A DNA stretch of 64,000 nucleotides. It comes from Podarcis vaucheri (taxonomy: Eukaryota). The notes under the pieces are model-generated. The model worked only from the letters and a program-made list of their open reading frames with translations. It was not told where the DNA came from and did no database searches. The stretch's first letter is position 1; every line of letters starts with the position of its first letter. Shown one piece after another: positions 11,943-23,640 of this stretch. The stretch lies in the NCBI GenBank assembly GCA_965113315.1, contig OZ220369.1, one strand, 5' to 3'. The translations under genes and the position numbers were made by a program.

Positions 11943-12008
<66 letters not shown>

Positions 12009-13720
12009 ACCCAGGATTTTAACTGATACCTGCTGCTTTTTGTATTTTTACTGTTGCTACGATAACTGCTTTTGTTTCTGATGTTTCTAATCTGCTTTAT
12101 ATTTGTTTTATGTTTCTATTTAATTAAAAATTTATTTATTTTTAAAGTTCAGCAGCTGATATTGTGGCAGTCACTATCTCAGCCTTATTTTCCTCACAGG
12201 AGACAAAATCTTGTGGAGACAAAACGGAGTATCCCTTTATTTAATTTAGCACAGAGATTTCTTGGCTTGTGGAAATTCCTGACCAGGCTCAGATCACATG
12301 TAAGCTACCTGGTGTTGCCCTGCGATTAACAACTGGTGCACACAAGGTATGTTATGCCTTCCACATAGCTGGTCCAGCCCATCCGTTACTGCACACATGA
12401 ATGAAGAAAGCGAAAGGTGGACATATTCAGGTGCCTATATCCAGTGATAAGGAACCTCTGGCCCAACTGGCCTCCCCACTTAGCTTGCAAGTTCCTATGC
12501 CTGATGACATTTATAATGGCAAGTTGGGGGAGCAGAGAAATATGCAGCTCCCCCAAGAACAGATTGGCAAGCACTGCTGATCATCAGCAACTGCAAAGGA
12601 ATATGGGTTGCTTGATATCATTGTGACATCATGTGACTGACAGGTGCGTAACCCTACCCAATGGTCAAACGTGGCCTGTGGGAGTGGCCTACCAGTTGGA
12701 CCCCATTCCACTCCCTGCATTCTTCTGAATCAGATTATCTGGCCTGTCTAGCTCAGCATTCACTTTTCTGACAGGCAGAAACTCTTTCACCTGATCCTCT
12801 TATAGCTAGAGATGCCAGCGGCTGAACCTGGGACATTCAGCATGGATGGCTTTGAGTTACTGGGGGACCAACAATGGGATAGGTCAGTTGGCTTAATGTC
12901 CCACAACCCCCACTAAATTCTCTGAACACCTGCATGCCAGCCCTATAAAATTCATCCGATGCAGCATTCTCACTTCCAAGTTAATAATAATAATTTTTAT
13001 TCGATTGTGGTGTCAAGTTTGGTTTCCTAGAATAAACAAAAGTACGACTTCAACTCTGGCGACTTCCATATGCAACAGCAGTTAAGTGCTCTTTCACTCC
13101 ACTGAATAGAATTTGCTGTTCTGAATGAAGCTGACTTCTGCCTGATCATGCGAATGAGGACTGAACACAAGAAGTGACCGGAAATAAACACAAAGGAGTC
13201 AATGATTGCACCAACAGAGCTCTGAAGAATTACAAGGAGGGTATAAGCGTAGCTCACTTTAATGAAAGTGTAGGTAAATCTAATTAAATAGTTGTGATTG
13301 AGAATCTCCCAGCATGCACACACATTATTATTATTATTATTATTATACTATGGTGCCATATGGCTTGAGTTCACATTTACTAGGGCAAAAAGTCTCACCA
13401 CTCAATCTCCTGAAATTTCAAATACATCCACCTCTCCACAAAAACATCTGATATTCAGTTTCTAGGGGGAAAGACTGAGTTCCCCACTGTGAAGAAAAGG
13501 TTACTAAACTGGATGGTTCATTGGTCTGATCTTATGTTCTTACAAATTATGGCTTCTCCCCAGTACTGATGTCTTGGTCTGCATTCTGTTTTTCTCTAAA
13601 ACATTTCTTTCGACTGAGGATTCCAAGGCAGCTTGTAGATGATTCTGAGTGGCTGAGTCCAGGCCCAAATGCCTTTTGTGAAATACACACTTTTAAGAAA
13701 ATAAACTATTTGATTTACTA

Positions 13721-13885
13721 CCGTATTTACTCGAGCCTAATGTGCACCTCAATTTTCAGAACCTCGAAACAAAAAGGAAGTATTTGCTGACAAATGTAAA
13801 TGTGCCTTCGAATCTAATGTGCACCTTACTTTTTGCAACCTAATTTGACCAAAAAAATGTGAGCATTCGATTCGAGTAAATGCAG
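13721..13885. mobile_element. Tc2/pogo-like MITE
   Basis: TIR CCGTATTTACTCGA / TCGAGTAAATGCAG, TA flanks. Confidence 0.75.
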
Positions 13886-14151
13886 TATATTTTTAGCCCA
13901 CTTTCCACCCCATTAATCAAGAAAGGATATAGGAACACAGGAAGCTGCCTTACACTGAGTCATTGGTCCACCTAGCTGAGTATTTTCTACAATGACTGGC
14001 AGTTGCTCTCCTGGATTTCAGACAGGAATGTTACCCAACCAACCCTACCAGGAGATGCCAAGGTATAAACTACGAAGGATCTAATGTCTGCTAAAATCAC
14101 TGACTGAGTGGCCTTCAGCAAGCTAATCTGCCCCTACCCTAGCCTGCAGTA

Positions 14152-14282
14152 CAGTCATCCCTCATGTTGTATCCAGGTTTTGCCACTCGCACCTGCGCAG
14201 ATGCAGCACTTCGAGTTGTGGGCATTTCACGTTATGGATGGGCCTCCAGAATGGACCCCGTCCATAACATGAGGTACCACTG
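14152..14282. mobile_element. Short Tigger-like MITE
   Basis: Imperfect TIR CAGTCATCCCTCATGTT / AACATGAGGTACCACTG, TA flanks. Confidence 0.65.
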
Positions 14283-14287
14283 TATGT

Positions 14288-14642
14288 AAGGTAAAGGTAA
14301 AGGGACCCCTGACCATTAGGTCCAGTCGTGGCCAACTCTGGGGTTGCAGCGCTCATCTCGCTTTATTGGCTGAGGGAGCCAACATACAGCTTCCGGGTCA
14401 TGTGGCCAGCATGACTAAGCCACTTCTGGCGAACCAGAGCAGCGCACAGAAACACCGTTTACCTTCCCGCCGGAGCGATACCTATTTATCTACTTGCACT
14501 TTGACGTGCTTTCGAACTACTAGGTTGGCAGGAGCAGGGACCGAGCAACAGGAGCTCACCCCGTCACGGGGATTCAAACTGCCAACCTTCTGATCGGAAA
14601 GTCCTAGGCTCTGTGGTTTAACCCACAACTCCACCCGCGTCC
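14288..14642 (-). mobile_element. Sauria SINE
   Basis: Full-length; tRNA-like head and ACCTTT tail; similar to the other copies in the window. Confidence 0.9.
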
Positions 14643-16379
14643 ATCCACTGTATGTGGATGGTAGTAATAGCAGCCTACTTGTTGTAAGAACATGAAACCC
14701 TGCATTACATACCAATATGACCATTCTAAACACATCTGGCCACCTCCCCACAACCAAACGGTAGATTTTAAAGCAAAACCCTCACGCCAGTGAAGCACAT
14801 TTATAGTGTAACTACTCTGTAGTTTCTGCTTTGCATTTGCCCCGAGACGTGTTCAGTTATATACAATCTTCGCTCTTATGCAACAAATACCAGAAATATT
14901 ATATTACCCATATTACTGCAGACAGGAGTGAAAAGAAATAAAAGCGAAAAGGGGGAGAGTGTTGCAGAACGAGGGTGCTGTAGAGATGAAACGCATTAGA
15001 AAACAGGGAGCCCACAAAGTCTCCTAAGCCAGGCATGAAAAGTCATGCAAGAGCATGGTTCTGTGCCATTTGCACAGAGTGCATGTTGGAGACATAAGAG
15101 ACATCACAAGAGAGCATTAGCTGTGATTACCTCTTTGCTGGCCACACAGACCTGCAAAAAATGCATCTCAAAGAGTTTTTAAAAAAGGAGGGACTGTAAT
15201 GACTCTTGAAGGATTTAGGGCCCAGGCAGAAGACAAACTCCAGGTGGGGGATGGACCACATCATGTAAATTCATGGAGGATTATGCAGATAAAGGTATCC
15301 TCACCCAATATCAGGAATGCTTCTATTTAGGGGGGCGGCCAGCCAGCCATGCCTTCCTCTGGTTTCCAAAGGGGGCTCAAGCTTTCAACTCACTGTTCAC
15401 CCACCTCCATCCAGATAGTCTTTTTCAACGGAGGGCTGGTCTGCACTTCTGCTTGTCCCGTGCCTGGAAAGCACAGGTCCAAGTGGTTTCCCTCTTGCTC
15501 TGCTCCTTTTCTAGGGAAAATCAGCTCTTTAGTGCTAAATTGCAGTAAATGGCAATCCAGGAAAAAAAACCCCAATTGCTGCTTGCTCAGCCTGAGCACT
15601 TTTCCTTGGTGGAAAGCAGGGGGACGAGGAAGTGCGGGTTAAGTCCCGAAACACAACATCCTTTGCCTTCTGGAGGCCACTTTGAATTCTTTGTCCTCGT
15701 TTGGCTGGGGTTTTTTTGGGGGGGGGGCGGAGTGGCTTTTGCTCTTTGAATGCTTTTTTAAAAAGCATGTTTCATACTTTTGCATACATCTCTGCCTGAG
15801 ATCCCGGAAAGCTCCAGCTCCAGGTAGAAAAGCAATACTGGCCATGTATAAAAAATGACAGGATTGGCTCTGGTGAGGCAAGATTTGGGGTCTTGCTAGA
15901 GACCTCCAGGCTCAGAATCTGAGGTAGAAAAATATCTCTGTAAAGCGAAAATAATAATAATGCTGTTCTGGCTTTCAATGGCTTTACACATAGAGAAAAA
16001 TAAATGTTGCTAGCAATAGCACAGCCCAACTATTCTTGGATGAATTGCAGAACTAGAGCTGTTTTGGGGAAACTGGGGAAGGTTCTTCAGTTCTCAGTGA
16101 TGGGACCTATTTTACCCTTGCATTTTATTAATGGGAAACAGTAGCCTGCTGAAATCTGCTGGTGACACCAAGTTTGTAGGCGGTCTTGTCACAGAAAGAG
16201 ATCAGGAAGCTTCCTACACAACAAGTTAGGTGACCTCATGAATGGAGCAAGAACAGAACGAAAAGCAAAATATAAGGTCATGCACTTTTGAGGACTAATG
16301 TTACATGGACTCAACAAGAAACTGCAGAGGAGGATGGAATTGTGGAAGGCAACAAAGATGGTGAGCGTCCCAGAGACCA

Positions 16380-17030
16380 GGGCCACATTTCCACCATCCA
16401 TTTAAAGCATTATTATACTACCTTAAAAGTCATGGCATCCCCCAGAGAATCCTGGGAACTGTAGTTTCAGGATGCTGCAAGTTGTTAAAGGTAAAGGGAC
16501 CCCTGACCATTAGGTCCAGTCGTGGCCAACTCTGGGGTTGCGGTGCTCATCTCGTTTTATTGGCCAAGGGAGCCGGCATACTAAGCCGCTGCGAACCAGA
16601 GCAGCACATGGAAACGCTGTTTACCTTCCCGCCAGAGCAGTACCTATTTATCTACTTGCACTTTGACGTGCTTTCGAACTGCTAGGTTGGCAGGAGCAGG
16701 GACCGAGCAATGGGAGCTCACCCCGTCGCGGGGATTCCAACTGTGGACCTTCTGATTGGCAAATCCTAGGCTCTGTGGTTTAACCCACAGCGCCACCCGC
16801 GTTATTAGGAGACCCCTATTTCCCTCATGGAGCTACAATTCTCAGAGCGGTTTAACAATCAATCCTTCTTCCCAGTGAACTTTGGAATTGTAGCTCTGTG
16901 AGGGAAACTGGGGTTTCGCGACGCGTCTGAACACCCTTAGCAAACTACAGTTCCCAGGATTCATGAAGGGGAAGCCATGACAGTTAAAGTGGTATAATAC
17001 ATCTCTAAATGTCAGGTATGCTTGTGGCCC
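16380..17030. mobile_element. Long palindromic (Harbinger-like) MITE
   Basis: Termini GGGCCAC / GTGGCCC and an internal palindrome; related copies at about 1285..1590, 23368..23640 and 62600..62760. Confidence 0.7.
16487..16802 (-). mobile_element. Sauria SINE, internally deleted, nested in a palindromic MITE
   Basis: Same family; the interrupted MITE resumes at about 16803. Confidence 0.88.
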
Positions 17031-17035
17031 TAAGT

Positions 17036-17410
17036 CCTACTAGGAAAGGTTGAAGGAGCTGAGTGTGTTAACCTGGAATAGAGATTATCAAGAGATGATA
17101 TGATTGACATTTTCAAATCTCTGAAGGCCTGTCACATAGACAAAGGAATACGTTTGTTTTCTGTTGCTCCAGAGGGAGAATTGATCCAGCAGGTTCAAAT
17201 GTCCAAAAAAATGAATTTAGGAAGAACCTCAGGAAGAACTTCCTGAAAGTACGACCTGTTTGACAGTGGAACAGACTGGCTCAGGAAGCGATGGGCTTTC
17301 CCTCATTAGAGGCTTTTAAGCAGAGGCAAGGGTGTTGAAGTAGCAATTTCCTGCATCAGAATGGGGTTGGTCTAGATGACCTGTGAGGTCCCTTCCAACT
17401 CTATGGTTTC
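17036..17410 (+). mobile_element. CR1 LINE 3' fragment, old
   Basis: Similar to the other CR1 copies; ends gtcccttccaactctatg. Confidence 0.8.
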
Positions 17411-17896
17411 GTAAGGTCTACCATATAACACTTCCATTCGGGCCCAATTCACAAAAGCCTTCCCACCCTCCATGTTCTGTCTACATACAGTGAGGTGTAG
17501 AAATGAATTTGGGCTCATAACCAACGTCCCCCACCACAGAACATATCCATTAGAGCCACATGCGAGGTCATAGGCATCACTCATGAGATCCAGCAACCCC
17601 TTTAATAAACACCATGAACTGATCCAGCTGCCACAAGACGGAATAATGAAATCAACCTGCAGCCCCATCCCTAAAATTCAATCATAGTCTCCAACAAAAA
17701 AATATCATTACCAGACCTCATGATTAAAGCAAGCGAGTCCAACAAGGTGATGAAACGAATCTCAAACAAACCATAGTCATTTTGTTTCTTCAATTCACAA
17801 ATTTTTAGATCCATTTGCTGACAAGATTCTTCAGGGCCAAATCAATGATTGCTATTCAATGTCAGTGTTACGCAGCACAGACCCAATTAAATTAAT

Positions 17897-18287
17897 AAAG
17901 GTAAAGGTTAATAAAGGTAAAGGACTGACAGTTAAGTCCAGTTGCAAACGACTCTGGGGTTGCGGTGCTCATCTCGCTTTACTGGCCAAGGGAGCCGATG
18001 TTTGTCCACTGACAGTTTTTCCAGGTCATGTGGCCAGCATGACTAAGTGGCCAGCATGACTAAGCCACTTCTGGCAAAACCAGAGCAGCGCATGGAAACA
18101 CCGTTTACCTTCTTGCTGGAGTGGTACCTATTTATCTACTTGCACTTTGATGTGCTTTCAAACTGCTAGGTTGGCAGGAGCTGGGAATGAGCAAAGGGAG
18201 CTCACCCTGTCGTGGGATTCAAACCACCGACCTTCCTATTGGCAAGCCCTAGGCTCAGTGGTTTAGACCACAGTGCCACCCGCGTCC
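17897..18287 (-). mobile_element. Sauria SINE
   Basis: Same family; imperfect TSD aattaaattaata / aatgaaattaata. Confidence 0.88.
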
Positions 18288-19960
18288 CCGCTAATGAAAT
18301 TAATAGACATGACTAATTTAGGTTCATTAATCTCTGCGGACCTACGCTGAGTAGGCCTTAGCTGAATGCAACCCAATGTTTTCGACATTCAAAAATATTC
18401 CAGAATAAGATTATGCAAGTAATGCAATGTGTCTACAGCCTGTGGACATACCCCATTAATCAAGATGGAAGCTCTAGGTATGTAATTTAATAACTCTCTA
18501 AACTCTCAATTATTCTGTTGGCAAAGACAGCCCCATACAATTGTTCCAGTAAGACTGACTTCCAAGTGAGTGTGCTTAAGATCCCAGCTGTGAGGCACCA
18601 ACCAGATCTTTTCTCTTGCACATTGGGCTGATCTGCCCTTCCACCTTCCCATCACTGCAGGCAGCCAAGCCCTGGAAAAATCCCAAGCATGCCTGGGAGC
18701 TAGAGAGAGTGGAGTCACAGAACCACCACCAACACTTCCCCATTCCTGGCTGAGAAGTTTTGCAACTGGTTGAACCAGTCACAACAGCCCCCAGCCTAAG
18801 AATAGGGTGCTGCAAGCCTGCAGCTCATGGAATTTTGCTTTCCTGGCCACAAGGCCACAACTCAGTGGTAAAAAGCATGCTTTGCATACAGAAGGTCCTA
18901 GATTTGGTCCTTTGCTTCCACGGTCAAAAGGATTGATGATGTGGAAGACCTCTTTTTGCCTTGGAACTGGAGAGCCACTGCCAGTCAGATAATACTGGCC
19001 AATATGGACAAATAATCTGACCTGGTATAAGGCAGCTGCTTATGGTTCTAAGTGTTGCTAGAAGAAGCCAGGCCACGCAGCCTCTGGATCCGAGATACAG
19101 CTGGGTTTAACTGGTAAAAGGGGCATCTGCACAGGACCTTTCAGTGCTGTGCGGTGCAACAAAGCCATGCATTGGAGCCTGAGACTTTCATTTGACGAAC
19201 CATGGTTAAGATTGAAAACCGTTTTTTGGAATTAAGAGGACACAAAAAACCCTGCTTAATCGAAAACATAATTTGCAGCTGGTTTGTTTCCACAAACCAT
19301 AGTTAAATTAAACCACAAGGTTCTTGATAATTTTATCAGGTGTTCCTCAATGACAACATCAGAAACAGCCAACAAGCTTGAAAGTGAGCCCTAAAACTCT
19401 TCTGCGATATGCAAGGGTTCATTGGCAGAAACACCAATGCAGAATGTGCCACTGAAGATGCTAAGTTCTTCTTTCTTGAAGGAAAGAAAATGCTGCCACC
19501 CCCAACACCATCTGTCCACAGATCCTTAAGGAACTAATTCCAGAGGTCTAGCCAGGTGAGTCTGTTACAGCAAACATTAAGAGAGACTTGTGGCACTTTA
19601 AATACAACAAATGTGTTAAGTCTTCAAGGTGCCACAAGACTTTTTACGTGCATTTCCTTAGGCAAATCCATCTCCCAACACAACTCAACCATGTGTGTTT
19701 GTGTACATCAAAGAGACTTCTATCTACACCTATCACAATTGTGACCACTTCGCTGGGGAAGAGGGATGGAGAAATGAAGTGATGAAAATCTGATCCTTAA
19801 ACGGCCTAGGAACTACACACTTTAAAAGCTCGTCCGAGTTTCTTCAATCTGATTTAAAAGCTCCTTTAGCAGAACATCTAAAAATTCTTACCAAAAGCAG
19901 AGGGATGAAATTTGAACACGTTCCTTATTATAATCACAAAGACCTTTGTGAACATCCAGG

Positions 19961-20296
19961 TAATAATAATAATAATAATTTTTATACCCCACCCATCTGG
20001 CTGGGTTTCCCCAGCCACTCTGGGCGGCTTCCAACAGAATATTAAAATACAATAGTCTATTAAACATTAAAAGCTTCCCTAAACAGGGCTGCCTTCAGAT
20101 GTCTTCTAGAAGTCTGGTAGTTTTCTCTTTGACATCTGGTGGGAGGGCGTTCCACAGGGTGGGTGCCACTACCGAGAAGGCCCTCTGCCTGGTTCCCTGT
20201 AACTTGGCTTCTTGCAGCGAGGGAACTGCCAGAAGGCCCTCGGCGCTGGACCTCAGTGTCCGGGCAGAACGATGGGGGTGGAGATGCTCCTTCAGG
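19961..20296 (-). mobile_element. L2 LINE 3' fragment
   Basis: RAFSVVAPTLWNALP peptide, (TTA)n tail; homologous to 39779..40093. Confidence 0.85.
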
Positions 20297-21671
20297 TTCA
20301 AAAACAGGATACTGGTGAATACTGATGAACAACATACAAAAGAAGGGATATTGCCCTTGTGTCCCAGTTGTGGGCTTTCTGGAGGCACCTGGTTGGCCAT
20401 TCTGGGGTGTGGGCTTCTGGACAGGACATTGGCCCAGTCCAGCAGGGCTATTCTTATATTTACTAACAGAGCACTAAAGACCCGCTTCTGGATGGGTGCC
20501 TGGATTGCTCTCATCCCTGCAAGCCACTGTCAGCCTCCTGCTGCCCACCACTTGAAAAGTGATGCCAGCATGACTTCACTGGCATGAACTCCCCGTTCCA
20601 CTCAAGCATGCAAGCAGAAGTGCCTCCAAAAAACCCTAAAATGGGGCTTATCAGGGTGGGCTGAGCCAGCCCCATTCCCATCATATGATTGCATTGTGCA
20701 ACAGCTTCAGTCTCGCACAATAATCTGCCTGCCCACCACTGTCTTCCACCCCAGCCACTGTGCATGGAAGATGTACAGATGCAGCGATGACTCCATCAAG
20801 CCGTGCTGGCCTGAAGTGGTCTGGAAAGGAGTTAGGATTGTTTCCTAATAACTCAATGGGACACTTCCAAAAAGAGATGTTTGGAATCAGGCTATAAAAG
20901 AAACAGCACTAATAATTTTGTCGTTTATTTGTGTGTTTGCAATATTTCCTGCTAGATCGATCTTTTAGTCTGATCAAGCAGGACTCTTCATTGAGTTCTT
21001 CCATGGTGAAGATGCCTATAATCCACATTGCACAGTAGCTAGTTGTACGGGTGCCATGCCAATGTTGTTTTCCATTATCCTCTATTCCATGCCGATTTTA
21101 TTTTGTGGAGTTAAACCATGATGATTATTTTCTTAGTATTTGGAACGCACAATACCTGGAACCTTTGTTACTTCAGCCAGCAAGACTGGACTTGTCCACT
21201 CTTATTCATGCAGATTGCTAAATACGTGAAGTCAGCTCAGGATGAGTTTGCAAGCTGCCTGCCCCTGATGTGAAGATTAATGAAATAGATAGATTTCCAC
21301 GTTGCATGACTGTTCACCGCTTAGGTCACGGCAGAGCAAGATGCCCAGCCAATTAGAAGAGGCCCCATCCAAAAAAAAACCCCAATGAAGTTCAAATATC
21401 CCTTGTTACCCAATGCATGAACTACATGCTTGAAGTTCCCAGTTCAAATCTCATTAATGCAACTACTTAGGCAAATCCAATCCCTCGCTTAAGAATCTTC
21501 AGTCCCTCGAGTGGGCAGATGAAAAGTCACTGGGAAATGGATCATAGTGCAATAGAGGATCATTTGCTTTGAATGCAGAAGGTTTCAGGTTCAACCTCTC
21601 CAAGGATGGCTGGAAAAGATGCCCTGGAGAACTCTTGCAGTCCATTTTCCTTTAACCTCAGTAGTGTTTAC

Positions 21672-21674
<3 letters not shown>

Positions 21675-21750
<76 letters not shown>
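21675..21750. repeat. Compound (TC)n(TG)n microsatellite
   Basis: Directly visible. Confidence 0.97.
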
Positions 21751-21883
21751 TACTATATATTTTGGAACTTTGTCCATTGTCTTTGGGTACCTCTTAAGAT
21801 ATTGTAACCAAGTTATGCATGCTGGTACCTGCTTCAAGGAGCAGGTTTTCCTATGTTTGGAAACAACGGGATGCTGTCTAAAC

Positions 21884-22111
21884 CAGAGGTTGACAAGGTT
21901 TACCTCGCTTGGGCCGGTTCACTCCAGCGGAGATCCCTCCGTGGGCTGGATCACGCATGTGCCCACGATTTCCGGTGCCACATAAGCAAGTCCCCGCGCA
22001 GTGCACGGGGACTCACCGAGTGGGCGGCTCGGTTCGGGGGCGGCTCGGGGGCCTGTTAAACGACCCCCATGGTCCGCTTGTGGCCCATAGGCCTTAGGTT
22101 GCTGACCCCTG
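21884..22111. mobile_element. hAT-type MITE
   Basis: Perfect 8-bp TSD GTCTAAAC; ends CAGAGGTTG...GCTGACCCCTG; related to the 44520 copy. Confidence 0.85.
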
Positions 22112-23367
22112 GTCTAAACCAAGATGGTGGACTGAATCTTTCAAAACTGCACTGATTTTTAACCACTGATTTCAAAACTGCACTGATTTCTTCGGCTTCA
22201 TAGAATTCCTAAGTAACACCAGGTATGAGGCTACGTGAAACGTGGGATAACCTTTTCTTTCAAAACTGATAGAAGCTAGAGGGATGAGAGGTGGGAGTGC
22301 AGAGACTTGTGGTATGGAGAAATAATAAACGTTTTCACTCTTTCCTTGCACTTTTTTTTTGTTTGCACCATTATTCAGCCCTGAAGTCAAGATCCTTATG
22401 TGGCACTGACACAAGCAGACTAAAGACTGACAAATGTCATATAGCAGAAGCTTTCATGGTCTACCATCAGATGAAGTCTGAGCAACACAGAGTATGGGGC
22501 CTTAAGTGAAACTTGGGATAACACTCCATACATCTGATGAAGTGGTCAGTCGTCCCTGAAAACTACTGACCAAGTTCAGGCATGTTCATGGGACTCAGAA
22601 TTGAAGCAAAGGTATCTCGTAAGTGGTGGTCCTTGGACGCATTAAGCCGAAGGAGGAAAAAAGCTGGTAACTCTACTTTCCCCTGCAAATGGCCTGAGGC
22701 TTTTTCCTGGAATACCAGGGAGCAGAAGGGATTGCTACCTTTTTAAAAACCAGTCCTGCTCCTATGAGTTTAGCAGCAGCAGCAGCCTGATATGCAAAAA
22801 CTAAGCTGCTGAAACCATGCTCCTAATCTAAAGAGTGAATCCTCTTGAACACAGTGGGTCGAAGCATAAGGTTTTTTTCCCATGCCACAAACAGCTTTCC
22901 TTGTTTAATTTCCACATGTCAGGCTGCTGTTAAAAGTAGAGGAACGGGACCAATAGGGGGAAAAATGGCAAGGGGTTGGGAGTGCTCACGCCTACTGTTG
23001 GCTCTGCCTATTGTAGCCCCATGTTCCCCCTACCATAATTTGCCTACCTTCCACTCCACCAGGATCAATGGGGACCAGCCGCCACTGACATCTACATTTG
23101 CTGAACTTTCCTATTTAAAAGGCGCAAGAGCCTTGTCCTCTTTAGCAGCAAGACGCCCTATCCCTTGTGGGCATTTTGTTGAACAATAAAGGCCTGTCTT
23201 TTTAGAAGGGCATTTGGCCTACGGCATCTGTTTTCATAGCCAGCCGATAATGTTTTATGTTGTTGGGATGAGGTGTTAATATAGTTATTTTATTTTCTGC
23301 TGCTGCCGTTATCCTTTTATCAGTTGTGTTTTATCTCACGGTTTCACATTGCTTAGCCTTTGTAACT

Positions 23368-23640
23368 AGGCTTCCCTCCCCCAAAGAATCCTTGGAAGAA
23401 TAGGTTGCCAACGGTGCTGAGAGTTGTGGGGAGACCCCCATATTCACCTCAGAGCGACAATTCCCAGAGTTCCCTGGGACATTGGATTGACTGTTAAACC
23501 ACTCTGAGAATTGTAGTTCTGTGAAGGGACTAACAACTGTCAGCACCCTTAACAAACTACAGATCCCAGAACTATTTTGAAGCATCCATAACTGTTTAAA
23601 ATGATATGATACTGCTTTAAATGTGCAGTGCATATGGGGC
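23368..23640. mobile_element. Palindromic MITE, same family
   Basis: ggcttcc...caaagaatcc...aaactacagatcccag; boundaries approximate. Confidence 0.65.

Larger units (their letters stand above)
6991..11945. mobile_element. Penelope-like retroelement (Penelope/Poseidon type), composite of a 5'-truncated copy and an inverted shorter copy
   Basis: Left arm 6991..8344 (minus) is the reverse complement of 8804..8986 + 10745..11915 (plus). RT and GIY-YIG ORFs are present, and both outer ends abut (TA)n. Confidence 0.95.

Noticed and set aside
22140-22190. Short direct repeats (also about 35560..35602 and 62890..62954)
   Set aside because: Two-copy local duplications, not arrays; no CRISPR-like organisation in this eukaryotic DNA.
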